This document shows, in pieces, positions 35,965 through 48,170 of a DNA stretch of 64,000 bases. Under the pieces are notes generated by a model. That model was not told where the DNA came from, made no database searches, and saw only the letters and a list, made by a program, of their open reading frames with translations. The translations under genes and the position numbers were made by a program. The stretch's first letter is position 1. Every line of letters begins with the position of its first letter. The stretch comes from Lama guanicoe (lineage: Eukaryota), in contig MU054323.1 in NCBI GenBank assembly GCA_013239625.1, positions 16,682,029 through 16,746,028 on the forward strand, read 5' to 3'.

Positions 35965-36200
35965 AATCTCTGTTGTTTCCCAGTTTGCAGAGGAGGAAAC
36001 GGGTTCAGAGAGGTTATGTGATTTACCCAAGATAACAAGCACTATAATACAATTACAATCATACGATATAGTCTTAAATTACTCCTTTCTAAGGAAATTA
36101 TCTAAATGCTTGCATGGTCAAAATGGGGTGGTTTTCTACCCTCCCACCTTCCCTCTTACTAGCAAGTAAGAGAGGTGGAACCAAGATTTGAACCCACGAA
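35965..36200 (-). mobile_element. MIR (interrupted) at the upstream edge of the CpG island
   Basis: CCCAGTTTGCAGAGGAGGAAACGGGTTCAGAGAGGTTATGTGATTTACCCAAG ... CTAGCAAGT..CCAAGATTTGAACCC. Confidence 0.7.
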
Positions 36201-37519
36201 GACCCTATCATACAAGTTTATGCAGAAGGAAATCTTCAGGTGAAAGGCACAAGTGCCTTCTTTCCTGCTTGCCTTAAAAAAAAAAAGCTAGAAGGATTTT
36301 TTGGAATAGTTGTTTTTGTTTACAGAATTGAGGATTCTGAGGACCCAGAAGAAATGGTCTGCTCACCTTTTGCAAATAAATTGGTTTTGAATGAGGGAGC
36401 CTATGGACTGTGCCTCATAGCTGACTTTGGAATAACTAGCTACATTTTAAAGAAAAATACAGGGGCATCTGAAAAGAGTGTGACTTTTTGAGAGAGTGAA
36501 ACCAACAATAAAATATCTAATCTGATAAGAAAATGCCCTTTGGTAAATTCCCTGTTCAGGAGCTTTTGGGAGGTTCTCTGAAAATGATTTCACACTTCAT
36601 GATGGGGTTCTCAGATCCCTAATGAAGTTAGTTTTTGAGCAACTGAGTAAATAAGCATTGGATTCCCTGGGCTGTGTTAGCGTACATATCCTTTGAAATT
36701 TATTTTATAACAACCTTACAGTGTCCAGCTTTAGCAAGACTCTTGCCTAATAATTCAAGACTGCAACGTGTATCAATCTCTCAATAGACTTTAATTTAGT
36801 AAACAAGAATTATCTGTGGGCTAGTGCCAATTCTGAGCTATCAACGTTCCTGAAAGCTTTTATCACAATGTCTCTATCAGAATCGGATGGAGGTGCCTTT
36901 GAACCAAGTAAATTCCTATCTTAAAAATACAAAACAAGACTGTTCCTAAGACCTACTGTTTAATCCCTGAATAATGTCATATAGTTTTTAGATAAATTAG
37001 ATGCATACTTTACTTTAGTTCAGTCATCCCCTCCAAGCTATGATGCCTTGGGCTCAGCTCTTGTAGGACATGTCTCTAAAAAGCAGAGTAACCAGTTGGG
37101 CAGATGATGTCTGAAAGATAGACCCTTATCTCTTATGACAAACCAAAATGATTGGCTTTGGTAACATCTTTAAAATCTGCAGGCCTGGGATTCTCCCACG
37201 ATCTGTGGTGTAGACCTCTGTTGGAGGGCCCATTTGATACCTGGTGAAGACAAGTGAATCCAAAGAGGCCTGTGTGGTCCTCTGAGCCAGTTCATGGTAG
37301 AGCCCTCCCTCCAAGTGAAAATCCACACCAGGCTCTTTAATTATCACAACTTTTCAACCAAAGCCAGTGTCTAAGGTGCAGTGATCCTCTCTCAGTCAAC
37401 AGCACAGAATATGGGGATTTTGCCCTCCCAAATCTCAAACTTGAACTGTTTGGTACAAATAACTTTCAAAAGAACAGCTAAGCTAGAGAGAGAGTTCAAA
37501 GCAGAGGTTTAAAATACCT

Positions 37520-37925
37520 TGTATTGTATTGATTCCATAGAACAGAAATCCAGCTTAAGCTTGTTTAAGCAGGACAGGAATGCACTGGCTCCCTTGCAGG
37601 AAAGGATAATGGTGGTACCACACAGAGTGGAAGGATGTGGGGCTGCTCTCCTCCATGTCTAGTATGCTAGTCTCTGCCTGGGCTTTGTTCTGAATACTCT
37701 CTTTAAGTGGTGGGAAAGCTGGCCATAGGCAGCTTCCAATTAACCACCCCAAGAAAAAGACTATCTCTCTTCCAAGGTCATTATCCAGGCCCCTGGAAGG
37801 ACTGTATTTGTGCCAGACTGGCATCAGGCCACCCTTGTGGCCAAAGGGCTAGGTCTATTTTCAGAAAAAGAGGGATGGGGGTGGGGGGAACATGCTAGGA
37901 AACCAAAGATAAGAGCCCTGTCAGT
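37520..37925. mobile_element. MaLR (MLT1-type) LTR remnant
   Basis: AACAGAAATCCAGCTTAAGC..GTTTAAGC..GGAATGCACTGGCTC start and later AAGAAAAAGACT..CTCTTCC motifs resemble old MLT1 LTRs. Confidence 0.45.
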
Positions 37926-37981
37926 TTTCATGTACCCCCACTTCTGTCCATCCCTCCATTTTGGGTTGAAGAATTACCCAA

Positions 37982-38048
37982 AATAATAATAATAATAGTA
38001 GTAATAGTAATAGTAATAGTAATAGTAATAGTAATAGTAATAGTAATA
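37982..38048 (+). repeat. Compound microsatellite (AAT)n-(AATAGT)n
   Basis: Read directly from the sequence. Confidence 0.95.
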
Positions 38049-38554
38049 AAATAGCAAATGAAATAGATGCATTGTGCCTGGAGCCAGTAGCCAGGAAAGC
38101 TAAGCCCTAATGTCATCAGTGTAGAAGCTGGTTTTCTTCATGGGATTTCTCTCTAGCATAATCCCCGTGTTGGCTTTATGGCTGAGCCCTATGCTCTTCC
38201 AAACCCCTCCAACCACATACGCACAAGCACACAGAGGACAGTGGAGTAGAAGCAGCAATCTCTGGCAAGTCTTTGACATGTGGGATGGGCAGGAATCAGT
38301 AATGAGACACATGTTAACGTGCTAGTAGGCAGAGAAACAGAAATAAGGAGATACACCAAGTGTCTAAGGTGACTGAGGGTCTGGCAGCGGGAGGAGCTGT
38401 AGGATCCTGCAGGCATGTGCTGGGAATGGAGAGGATGGAGATGACAGAGGAGTTAATACCCAAACCCTATGCTCCCCTGACTTGCTTCTGCTTCCTTCTT
38501 CCTGGTAACATACAGGCTGAGACCCATAGAGCTAAACAACATATCTTAGATCAT

Positions 38555-38718
38555 TTAAGCTAAGAAGCTATCATTTATAGGATGCACCATTATTTTATGT
38601 ACTAATATAAAGGCTAGGGGGCTGCGAATTATAATTATGTCAGTGATTGTAAGACATATTCTAATTTCAGACATTTTTAAAATTTTCTAAGTGTTTTTAG
38701 AGTCAACAAAGCCCTATA
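38555..38718. mobile_element. MER104-like TcMar element
   Basis: GATGCACCATTATTTTATGTAC...GATTGTAAGACATATTCTAATTTCAGA...TTTTAGAGTC. Confidence 0.65.
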
Positions 38719-40879
38719 CATGTGAGCAGTGATCCTCTGGGTTCTTTACCTTTGTCTTAAGCAGTCGTGGTCCTGAGGTTTCTTGGATGGGGCATTTGGG
38801 CTCCCTACCAAAGCCATCTCCCCTGCCATTTATATTAGTTGATGTGGACAATTGATGTTTTCTCAATCCTACGTAAAGTGTGAGTAGAAGTAGCTTTGGA
38901 AGATTTGGCTAATTTTATCCACCTAAATAAATCTAAGAAAGAGATAGTCACTTGCTAAATGAGTGCGGATTAAGACAAGTTTCTTAGCCCTCTTCCCCTT
39001 CCAACCTGATTGCCCCACGAAACTCTTTCCATATAGTCTGGTATTAGTGAAAGCCACAAAGGCACACTGTCTTATTCTAGTTTCCCACCAGAATAGTTTC
39101 CTGTGTGTTTATTAGAAGTAAAGGGGCATCAATGTCTGCAGCTTATGTTCCAGTGCTTCAAGGAAAAAAGACAGAGAGGGGATGGGGAGGAATAGAGAAG
39201 AAAATGGTAAAGCGAATGTGGTAAAATGTTCATAATTGGAGAACTTTGGTAAATGAAAGTTCTTTGTGATGTTCTTGCAACTTGTCTATAAGTTTGAAAC
39301 TATATCAAAGTTAAAAGTTACTAAAAACAAAAAATAAGAGCATAAGAAAGAAATATCTTCATAACATGATGATTTTGCATTGTCCTCAGCTTTATGGAGA
39401 GTCTCTTAGAAGAAAGGACCGTGAAAAGAACCTGGGAATGACATGTTCAATGTCCCCCACGATACACTGCTTTTTGGAGTTCAGGGCTAAGAAAAAGTTT
39501 GTGCTCAGTTAACAGTAGTTTTCCTCACCTCCTTCATTGCCCTTGTTCTTTGAATGGTTTGAGTGTATCTGTCTTTCATTGTAAGCCTCCTTCAATTCCT
39601 TTTGAAAATAGAAGGAATATAAGATGCAACCACCCTTTATTCATCGAGTCCGTGTCTTAAGGAACTCATCCACTTCAGGTTTCAGGTGCTTCATAAATGT
39701 AGCAAATGGTCCAGTTCTCTAATGGCTTCTCCCTGCTTCCTTTAGTTTCCTTCCTTCTGTGCCTTCTGTCTTCCCCTGACCCTTCCTTCTTCCTTGTCTC
39801 CCATTCTCTCCTGTTCTCCCTTTCTCTGAGTCTTTTTTTTTTTTTAACATCATCCTCACCAGCATGCCCTGGAAGACCTCCACGTCTTTCTCTGTTCTCC
39901 ATTGTCTCCCTTTCTCGCTCCATCCTCATGCCTACCTTTTGTCTCTCACAGAAGAGTAAGGGTAGAGGCAGAGGAGAAAAGAGAAGCAGGAGTGAAGAAA
40001 GGAAGAAAAGGGGCCAGGGAGATAGAACAACTAAGGAAAGAAAAAGGAGCAAACTATGAAACACTGAGGCTAAAAGATAACGTCAGTGATCATTTGTCTA
40101 GTCTCTCAGCCAGAATGCGAGTCCCTCCTGTACAGTATTTGTGGATGAAGCTTTCACTAACCCAGGACAGCAATGATTCCACAGGAAGGGAGGGGCACCA
40201 ACATCTATGGTTGCTTTGGTAAATTTGTTCCATGGGCTTTGACTACCACTCAGTCCATTTCCTGAAATTCACCGTTCTAACAGTGCAACTCGGAGGCTGC
40301 TGTCCACCACTTTGGTCAGCAGAGGAAACCTTTGCTTTCCTAATTCTTTGATTGAGCACAGAAATCTTCGCTCAGATGAAGGATATTATTTTTCATTTTT
40401 ATTTCCTAAATAAATATTTAGTGGATTATCAAGAGAATGCATAAAGCGACAATAAGTACCAGGGAAAAAAAGGTGGAGTGTACAATTTGGGTTCAGCTAC
40501 GTCACAGTATCTAGTCAGGGCCTATTGATGGGTAGAGCTTCCAGATTTGGGATGAATTCTTGATTGAGAATCCAGATTCCAGTCTTCTTTTACTCCATTA
40601 ACTCTTAGTTTTTAAGGTTAGGTCTGTGTTCCCTTATAAGGTTTTCTTCTCTTTTCCAAAGGGACAAAAATTCCGGTCAGAAAATATAGTCACATCCAGG
40701 GCTTGAGAAAATAATTGGTAGTTAAATAACTAAAGTGGTTATTTCTCCCCTACACATTCCCAAAAGAGAACACGACGGCTGGATAATTATACATTGGCTT
40801 TTGACCATCAGCCTCCAACAGGATTTTTTCGTCCTATGCTCGAAGTGTTGATTTCTCAACACTGTCCTGTCCTGTTGTT

Positions 40880-41550
40880 GGACTGCTCTGGTTAGAGAGT
40901 TTTGAATGTTAAGAGGTTCTTTCTAACACTAAGAAAGACTCTGGAGTGAATGTTCTTGTCTTCTGCTGAACTCAAAGCTTCCATTTTGAGCAACAGAAAC
41001 CAAGACTGATTTCGCTTTCACACAACAGCCCTTCACATGGTTGAAGATGGGAACTGTGCTGCCACTGAGCCATCGTCCCATCAACTAACAAATGCCCCAG
41101 CTCCTCAATCACTTTGAATAACTTGGTTTCTAAAACTTTATCCACCTGATATGTGCCTTCACTCGTTCCTTGAATGACTTGTTTTCCAGTGCTCTATCCA
41201 GCTTTCTGTGTCTTCTAGACAACGCACTTTTCCCATAGGCCTAAGTGTGTACCTAAAACTGAACACAATATCGCAAAGGCAGCATCCTGTCTAGCCCAGA
41301 GAGATGCAGTTACTTCCGATCAGCCACACAGTGTTTCTTTTAATGCAAACAAAGTTTGGGGACCATTTTAAAGTAACTGCATCCATTTTTGTATCCATAC
41401 TAAGCTTGTGATGAGCTTAAGTCTTCATCTTTTATTTTAAGACTTCACACCATTCTGAGTCTTTAGTTGCACTTGTGCAACTGTTCAAAAAAAAATCTAA
41501 ATATGAGATTTTACTTTAATTCCTATTAAATACATCTTGGAGCTCCAGGA
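40880..41550 (-). mobile_element. L3/CR1 remnant
   Basis: CAGCCCTTCACATGGTTGAAGA...AAAACTGAACACAATA...CACTTGTGCAACTG...TTCCTATTAAATACATCTTG resemble CR1 ORF2 antisense. Confidence 0.6.
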
Positions 41551-41752
41551 CAGTGTTCCAGCCCATGGAGGTCATGTTAATACTCCTGTTGGCCTTGAGG
41601 GCCACAGATCAGAGCAGGAGGAGCAAAACAATGTGGGGAAAGCATGTCTGGTGGCCAGGGGACCACTAACCTACTCTAGACTACTTCTAGGCCAAAAAAT
41701 CTTGGGACTGCGGTTTGTATTATATATCCACATTATTATACATCCCCAATAT

Positions 41753-41758
<6 letters not shown>

Positions 41759-41788
<30 letters not shown>
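41759..41788 (+). repeat. (TG)15 microsatellite
   Basis: Read directly from the sequence. Confidence 0.97.
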
Positions 41789-41791
<3 letters not shown>

Positions 41792-41799
41792 TTAAAATA

Positions 41800-42440
41800 T
41801 TTGTTATATTATGTTATATAATTATACAAAATGTATGTACTATTTTTCTGTTTTGGCCAGATATAAATTCTTAAAACACACACACACGAGTATATAAACA
41901 GGCTCTTGTTGCGAAAGATTAGATTCAACCAATATATATTAAAAAAATGCAGAAAAATGGGAAAGCCCATACTCCCACCCCTTCTCAGTTGTAACAGTGG
42001 GAACCATGTGCCTTCTGTTTATGTATGTGCATATGTTTGTACATATGTATATATTTTAATACAAATGAGATCATACTAAAATTACTGTTCAGTGATTTTT
42101 TTCTCAACTTAACAAATGTCTTGGTGACCTCAACAGAAGGTATAGATCTCCCGCGTGTTTTTAAACTACTGTTTAGTATGGCTGTAACATAATTTATTTA
42201 ACCATTTCTCTTAGATGGTCATTTGTGTTGTTTTCACCTTATTGTAAACTCCACTGCAATTACTTCACTTTTCTGTGCAATTCTATATACATTTATAAGT
42301 GTTTCTCTAGTGGAAGTGCTTGAACCAAGGGGATATGTATTTTAAGGGTCTTAACACCACCTGCATTGTCTTCCAGAAAGATGCCAGTTTGCATCTTCAT
42401 GAACCAGGGATTTTGCACCAAGCTGCATGTGCCAAAATAC
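41800..42440 (-). mobile_element. L1ME 3' remnant
   Basis: ACAAATGAGATCATACTA...CATAATTTATTTAACCATT...GATGGTCATTT..TTGTTTTC. Confidence 0.7.
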
Positions 42441-42819
42441 TTTTCCTTCTATAAAAAACTGCTGCTTTAATTTAGCTTTGCAAATGTGGAACGAAAACGA
42501 GAAAAATATTAGTTGTCTTTCAGACCTGTTCTTTACTGTAAAGAACATGTATGCTTGTGTTCAGACCGTCTCCCCTTCTTGACAGATGAAGGAAATCCCC
42601 AGGGAAAAGCCAGTAAGACTTTCGGGGGGAACATTCCCAATTTCCACATCCCTGTGGAAGACATCACAGAGGCCAGTGGGAGAGTGACCTCAGTAAGCCT
42701 CGATATCCCCTCGGAGATGATGACAGCTCTTTACAGGCCCTTGGGCACAGGCCCAAATGCCTTCTGGGCTTGTCTAATCCTCCAGAGGGGATTAAAAGCA
42801 GTAAAGCCAGCATAACACA

Positions 42820-43070
42820 TCATTAGGAGTTTGGCTTCTGGAGCTGTGAGACCCAGCTCTCCTTCTTACAAGCAGCAACCTTGGCCGTGTTAGTTAACTC
42901 TTCTGAGCCCAGGGTTCCTCATTCATACAAGAAGGATAATAATATCACAGCCTCAGAGTAAGTGAGACATTGTGAGGACACCAGTTACCATAGCTGATGG
43001 CAAAGAGTGAGCTCTCAGTAAACATTTGAAAGTTAGCCATGATTATTATTGTTGCAACTACAACTAAGCC
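42820..43070 (+). mobile_element. MIR
   Basis: GGCTTCTGGAG...CCTTGGCC..GTTAGTTAACTCTTCTGAGCC..GGTTCCTCATT...CTCAGTAAACATT. Confidence 0.75.
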
Positions 43071-43239
43071 CTTATTCCTGTCCCGTAAAAATCAGAGTCA
43101 TGCAGGAACTTGGACCTCACAGACGTGGTCTGCTTGGGTCAGTGTGCTGGCTCCCAGGGCGACACGCCCTAACCCACCTGCAGGCTCCTGGAAGCTTAAG
43201 GTGGCACCAGTCAAGTCCACCTTGTCTTTCTGAGGCAGC

Positions 43240-43475
43240 GGTTTGCAGGGTTAATAGCACCACTCCAGAGCCAGCCAGGGTCTGAATCCGCCTCTGCCAC
43301 TCACGACTGAGTCACTTCAGCTGCTGTACATCACTTCTCGGGGTCCAGTTTCCACTGAGGTACAATGGGGTCCATACCAGTGCCGATTTCACAGAGTGGT
43401 GGTGAGGCCTGAAGGAGCTAATGCAGTGCCTGACACTGGCAGGGGCTCGCACAGCATCAGCTATTCTCATTAGTC
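43240..43475 (+). mobile_element. MIR
   Basis: GGTTAATAGCAC...CTGAATCCGCCTCTGCCACTCAC...CAGTGCCTGACAC. Confidence 0.7.
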
Positions 43476-45471
43476 TGGGGAGGTCATTTGCTGCTGCCTT
43501 TAAATGGCTCTGCTTTTGGCAGAAGAGCTCGGGACCAATAGCCAGTGTGGATTTTCCTCCAGCTCCCAGATGGCAGCCCCGCCATACCTCTTCTTCACCT
43601 CATTTCACCTCACCCAGACGGCTGTGCTCCACATCAGGGCCCTCAGCACAGAGGCCGTTCCTCGGGCTGGAGGATGCTGGGTTCCTGAAAGATGCTGGGC
43701 GAGGCCCTGCTGGGTTCCCTCCTCCAAGCTAGGCCCTGGGCCAGTCCCTCCTGCGATAATGAGGCTCTGGGACCACACTAATGCAACTCCCTGCCACGGA
43801 CAGTTGAGAAAAGACCCCTCAATGCAGTGCAAACAGGAGAGGACTCCAGGGAGCACTATCGCGGGACCTCCCAGGGATTTGGGCAAACGAAGCAGCACTC
43901 CCCAGCTTCCCAGAAGATACCGCCTTCTTTCTTCCCATGACAGGCCTGGGTGAAACACAGGACTGGGACTCAGACCTGGGGCATCCGGAGCATCTAACAG
44001 CTTCGCTGAAGAAGCTGAGGCCATCTCGGGAGCCTGAACCAGAAGGCTGGGCAAGGAGGGTCTCAGCTCTCCCTTCTCAACTGTCAGGGAGGAAATGGTC
44101 CAGAACGCTCCTCCGTCCACAGTGGAAAGTCAAATTCAGTCATCTGTGCTGTGGTGGTGACTAACCTGCCTATTTCCTTTTCCGCTGGACTGAGTCAGTC
44201 CCTGGTGGCTTATTCATTTTAAGGGTTTGATTACAGAAGGAAGGAGGGGCTTCTCAGTTTCTGGGTTTGGAAGCGTCCGCTGTGCCCTGTGCAGGGGTGG
44301 CTGGGCCTCCTCCCACCGGATGTGCCCTGGGGCCCCTTGCTCTCTGTTCATAGTGTCAGGGACCTTCTGATGCAGTCACCTGAGCTCCCAGGTTGCCAGG
44401 TTGCCAGTGGAATACCTGGGGCTCTGGGGTAGAATGGAAATCTTTATCCCCAGCAAGAAGAGCACACGAGCACACAGGAGTCCTCGTTTCTGCGTTCTTC
44501 TACTGCGGGGCTCAGAGTACGGCGCTTGAGGCTCCCTGAGGCAGATCAGAGAGGTGAAAGTCAAGTTACAGGTATCATTTCACATAACAAGGGATGAACA
44601 CAGCATCAGTTCTGAGTGCCACCTGCAGATCACTGTGCACGGCCAAACCGGAGGACGAGCCTCCTCTCTGATGTTACAGTCATCCCGGGGCCCACGGCTT
44701 CTGCTCCTCTGCCCTCTTAGAATGCCTGACAGCACAGGGCGATGCGACGGAGAAAGGAGAGGAGTTCTGTGCTTCACATCTACTCTTTCATTTACTTCTC
44801 TCGGTCATCCTGAAAGTATTGCTGTCTTTAGCTTACCTTTCATGTAAGGGGATTGAAATTCAGAGACAATGAACTATTTGCCAAAAGTCTTATAGGCTGC
44901 AAGTGAAGGAGTCAAGGTTTGAACTCAGTTCTGTGAGCGCATCCAGACCATAGCAGTAAACACTCATAAACTTACTGCCCATCATCGTGAATTGTACACA
45001 AGCCCCTCCTGTCTAACTCTGCATGAGCATAGGCTTCTCTGGCACTGTCGTGCCTGTTAAGGACCACACTCCTCCTCCCCCTCTCCCAGGACAGCTGATG
45101 TTCTCCAGGGCCCAGGACCCTAACAGGCAAAGCCATCTTGGTTCCAGCGCAGGATTCAATTCAAACCCGCCTTCTCCCCTCCCAGGGGAGAGCAACCCTG
45201 GTATCTGCCCTGCAAAGTGTGATCTCTGTAACTTACAGTCCAGCCTTGGGAGGGTTTAGAAAATTTTCCTGTAAAACAGTGGCTGGAACATGCAGAGAAC
45301 TGGAATGAAGCCTCCACCTGGGCTTCAGGACTAGATCTGTTACATTCAAATGCATGATATTGAACTTACTATAAAATTCGCACTATTCCAAACTGCCAGA
45401 AATGATAGTTTTATTTAGAAGTAAGTGAGCAAAGTGATGACTTCGTTGGCCCCAGTGCCAAAATCTTAGCT

Positions 45472-45977
45472 CAGTGCTTCTCAGATGTTTTGTGTTCAGG
45501 ACCTCTTCATACTCTTACAAATTATTGCAGAACCCAAAGAGCTATTGTTTAATCTAAAGTTGAATCTATCAATATTTATCATTTTAGAAGTGAAAACGGA
45601 ACAAAGTTTTAAATGTTTATTCAGTAAAAATTATAAACCTAGCACTCATCAACAGAAATAGCATATTGGAAAATAATATATTTTCCAAAACAAAAGGTAT
45701 TTAGTAGGAGTGGCATTGTTTTACATTTTTACAAATCTCTTGAATTTATGATTTAACAGAAGACAGATGAAAACTCACATCTGATGCTGCCTCCAATCTG
45801 CGGTGATATTGAACATCATGTCGCCCCTGAAAGACCCCTGGTAAACTTGTGAGAGGACAGGGAGGAAGGCAAAGAAGATCTTATGACCATAGTTTTAACC
45901 TCGTGGGTTTCCTGAAAGGGTCTCCAGGACCACCCACCCTCCTGAGGAGTCCCTGGACCACACTTTAAGAATCACTG
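45472..45977 (+). mobile_element. MER119-like hAT-Charlie element, full length
   Basis: Terminal inverted repeats CAGTGCTTCTCA / TAAGAATCACTG; 8-bp TSD TCTTAGCT (45464-45471) / TCTCAGCT (45978-45985). Confidence 0.85.
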
Positions 45978-46429
45978 TCTCAGCTTAAACACGTGATTTT
46001 TTTTTCTTGTGAGAAAAGTTCATCCAAGAAATATCTAAGGATTTCTGTTCTTGATGTAGGAAGTTGGTGAGAATGAGGGTAGATTTCAAAGGGAGTGATA
46101 CCCCAGCGACTGATTTTAGGAAGAAAGCCCATGAGAGACATGTGGGCACATTCAAACAGCGCTGCAACCCTTCTGGGCTGTCACAGAGGTACCACCCCAC
46201 GTATCTGGCTGGGATGGTGCACCGTAGCCCCCAAGCAGGGCCAGGAAGAAGAGACTAACAGAGTGGTACCCAAATCTCTGCTGCCCAAAGCCCAGGCGAT
46301 GCCAGAGTCAGTGGCTGGGAGAGCGGCTCAGAGGAGGAGGGGGAAACCCAGCTCGGGGGAACCTCAGCCACATCCTGAAATTGCAGCGGCTCATTCGTTA
46401 GCAACTCTGCCAATAATAACAATGGTAAC

Positions 46430-46715
46430 AGTAACATATACTACTAACAGTGGAAGAACGACCATTTATTGAGCGCTTTGAGCCAGGCAGTGTGCCAAGC
46501 ACTCGACAGGAATCATTTCATTAATCCTTCACAACCAACCCTTTAAGGTAACTATTACCATAATCCCTTTTCTACAGACAAATAAAGCGAGACGGGAGGA
46601 GTTGGAGTTATCAACCAGGGTCACAGAGTTCCTGTGGTAGGTGAGCCACAGTCTGAATTCAGGTCTGCCAGACTCCACAGACGCCCTGCTGCCTTCCAGC
46701 CACACCAGGTAAGCA
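46430..46715 (-). mobile_element. MIR, near full length
   Basis: CCATTTATTGAGCGCT..GCCAGGCAGTGTGCCAAGCAC...CATTTCATTAATCCTTCACAAC...CAGGTCTGCCAGACTCCA. Confidence 0.88.
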
Positions 46716-47989
46716 AACTCCTGACGGAGAAAATCTCCAAGTTTGAGGGCAGGAGGCATGAACACTACCGCCTCCCATGGGACGAAGCATGAGGACAGAA
46801 GAGAAGACACTTTCCTACTCCAACCAGCCTTCTGGAGGCTTCAGGGCTGAATTGTAGTGAGGTCTTTAAAACGGGGGGAGAGGTGGGAAGCCCCCAGAGG
46901 TGACAGCTCTTGGTACATGTCCCCTCCTCTTGGTTTCCGGCTCCCTCTGGTGACCCTCCCCACCCAGCTCCGCCCCTGCCAGCCGTGGGCCATTGTTGCC
47001 ACCCGCCAGGAAATGCAGGCATTGGCACTCCCACCTCTACCCACAGCCCTCAAGAACTACACCCCTTCAAAGCTCCAACTTGGAGTCCTTCAGAGCCCTG
47101 CTCCCAGCAGACAATCTGGCCCAAGGCCACCTCCACATCCTGCCCCTTCTGAGCTCAGCTTCCCAGAGGTGCAAACTTCCCATAAGCAAACTCAGCCCTC
47201 CACCCCCATTCCCTGAAAAAGTAAACAGGCGATGGTGTGAGAATTCTCTTCCAAGGCATCATACCTTCTCCCTAACCAGAGGCTCCGAGGAGTTGAGCTT
47301 TGCACGAGCTTTTAATTTGCGTGCAGACAAGCACAAAAGACCCAACCGGATATACCTGTTATTGCCCAATGACCTGAGAGCCCGAAGTTTATGTTAAGCC
47401 CTGGGTTAGGGCTCGGCTTGCACGCAAGCCTCCTCCGGGATTCCTGCAGGCAATTGAGAGGTGGTGGTGGAGAGGAGAGAGGAACAACTCTGAAGTGACA
47501 GCACATAATTTAATTCCCCCTAAGCTTTCCAAGCATGCAGACTGTTCCTTTTTTGTCAGCATATAACCTAAGTGATTTGTTCTACTCAGGCAAGAAATGT
47601 CTAATTTAAACCATATTGCAGCTAAGCCTTTGGTGGAGAAAGAGAGCTCCCTGCAGCTTGGCTTGTGTGTGGTGGGGCGGGATGGCAGATGAGGCAAACC
47701 AGACTCCGCCGCCCCCGTCTTTCTTGCCCAGGTCATGATTGGAGAAACGTGCATGCCTGGGCTTTAATTACCACTCAGTCTTCTGTCTCGTGCTTCATCC
47801 CTCGTGAATGGGTTTAATTTCAGTAAGAATGTTTACAGGAGAGTGTCGGCTTGATGTCCCTAATGTCCTCGGTTTGGGTTCCATCTGAGCCACTGGTAGC
47901 AGTGGGACTTCAGGCAAACCCCTTAAACACCAATCACTGTTTCACTGTCTTTTCCCTTCTCTGAAAAATAGCTGAGTGGGTGCAGACCG

Positions 47990-48170
47990 ACATATGTTAG
48001 TGGAAAGTGATCTGGTTTAGGAAGAAAGAGATCTGTGCTTTGCCCCTAACTAGCTGTGGATTTGAGACAAGGGACTTTTCTCTGGGCATCAGATTCCTCA
48101 TCTGTTTTTAAAATAAGGCAGTTGGGTAAGATGGTCTTTAAATTTCCTTCAGCTCTAAAAGACTATGAAT
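47990..48170 (+). mobile_element. MIR3/MIR
   Basis: CTAACTAGCTGTG...CTCTGGGCATCAGATTCCTCATCTG...CCTTCAGCTCTAAAAGACTATGA. Confidence 0.75.

Noticed and set aside
37928..38116. ORF with an (IT)n repeat
   Set aside because: Translation of the (AATAGT)n microsatellite.
39675..40064. Hydrophobic/charged 117-129 aa ORFs
   Set aside because: Products of adjacent polypyrimidine and polypurine low-complexity tracts.
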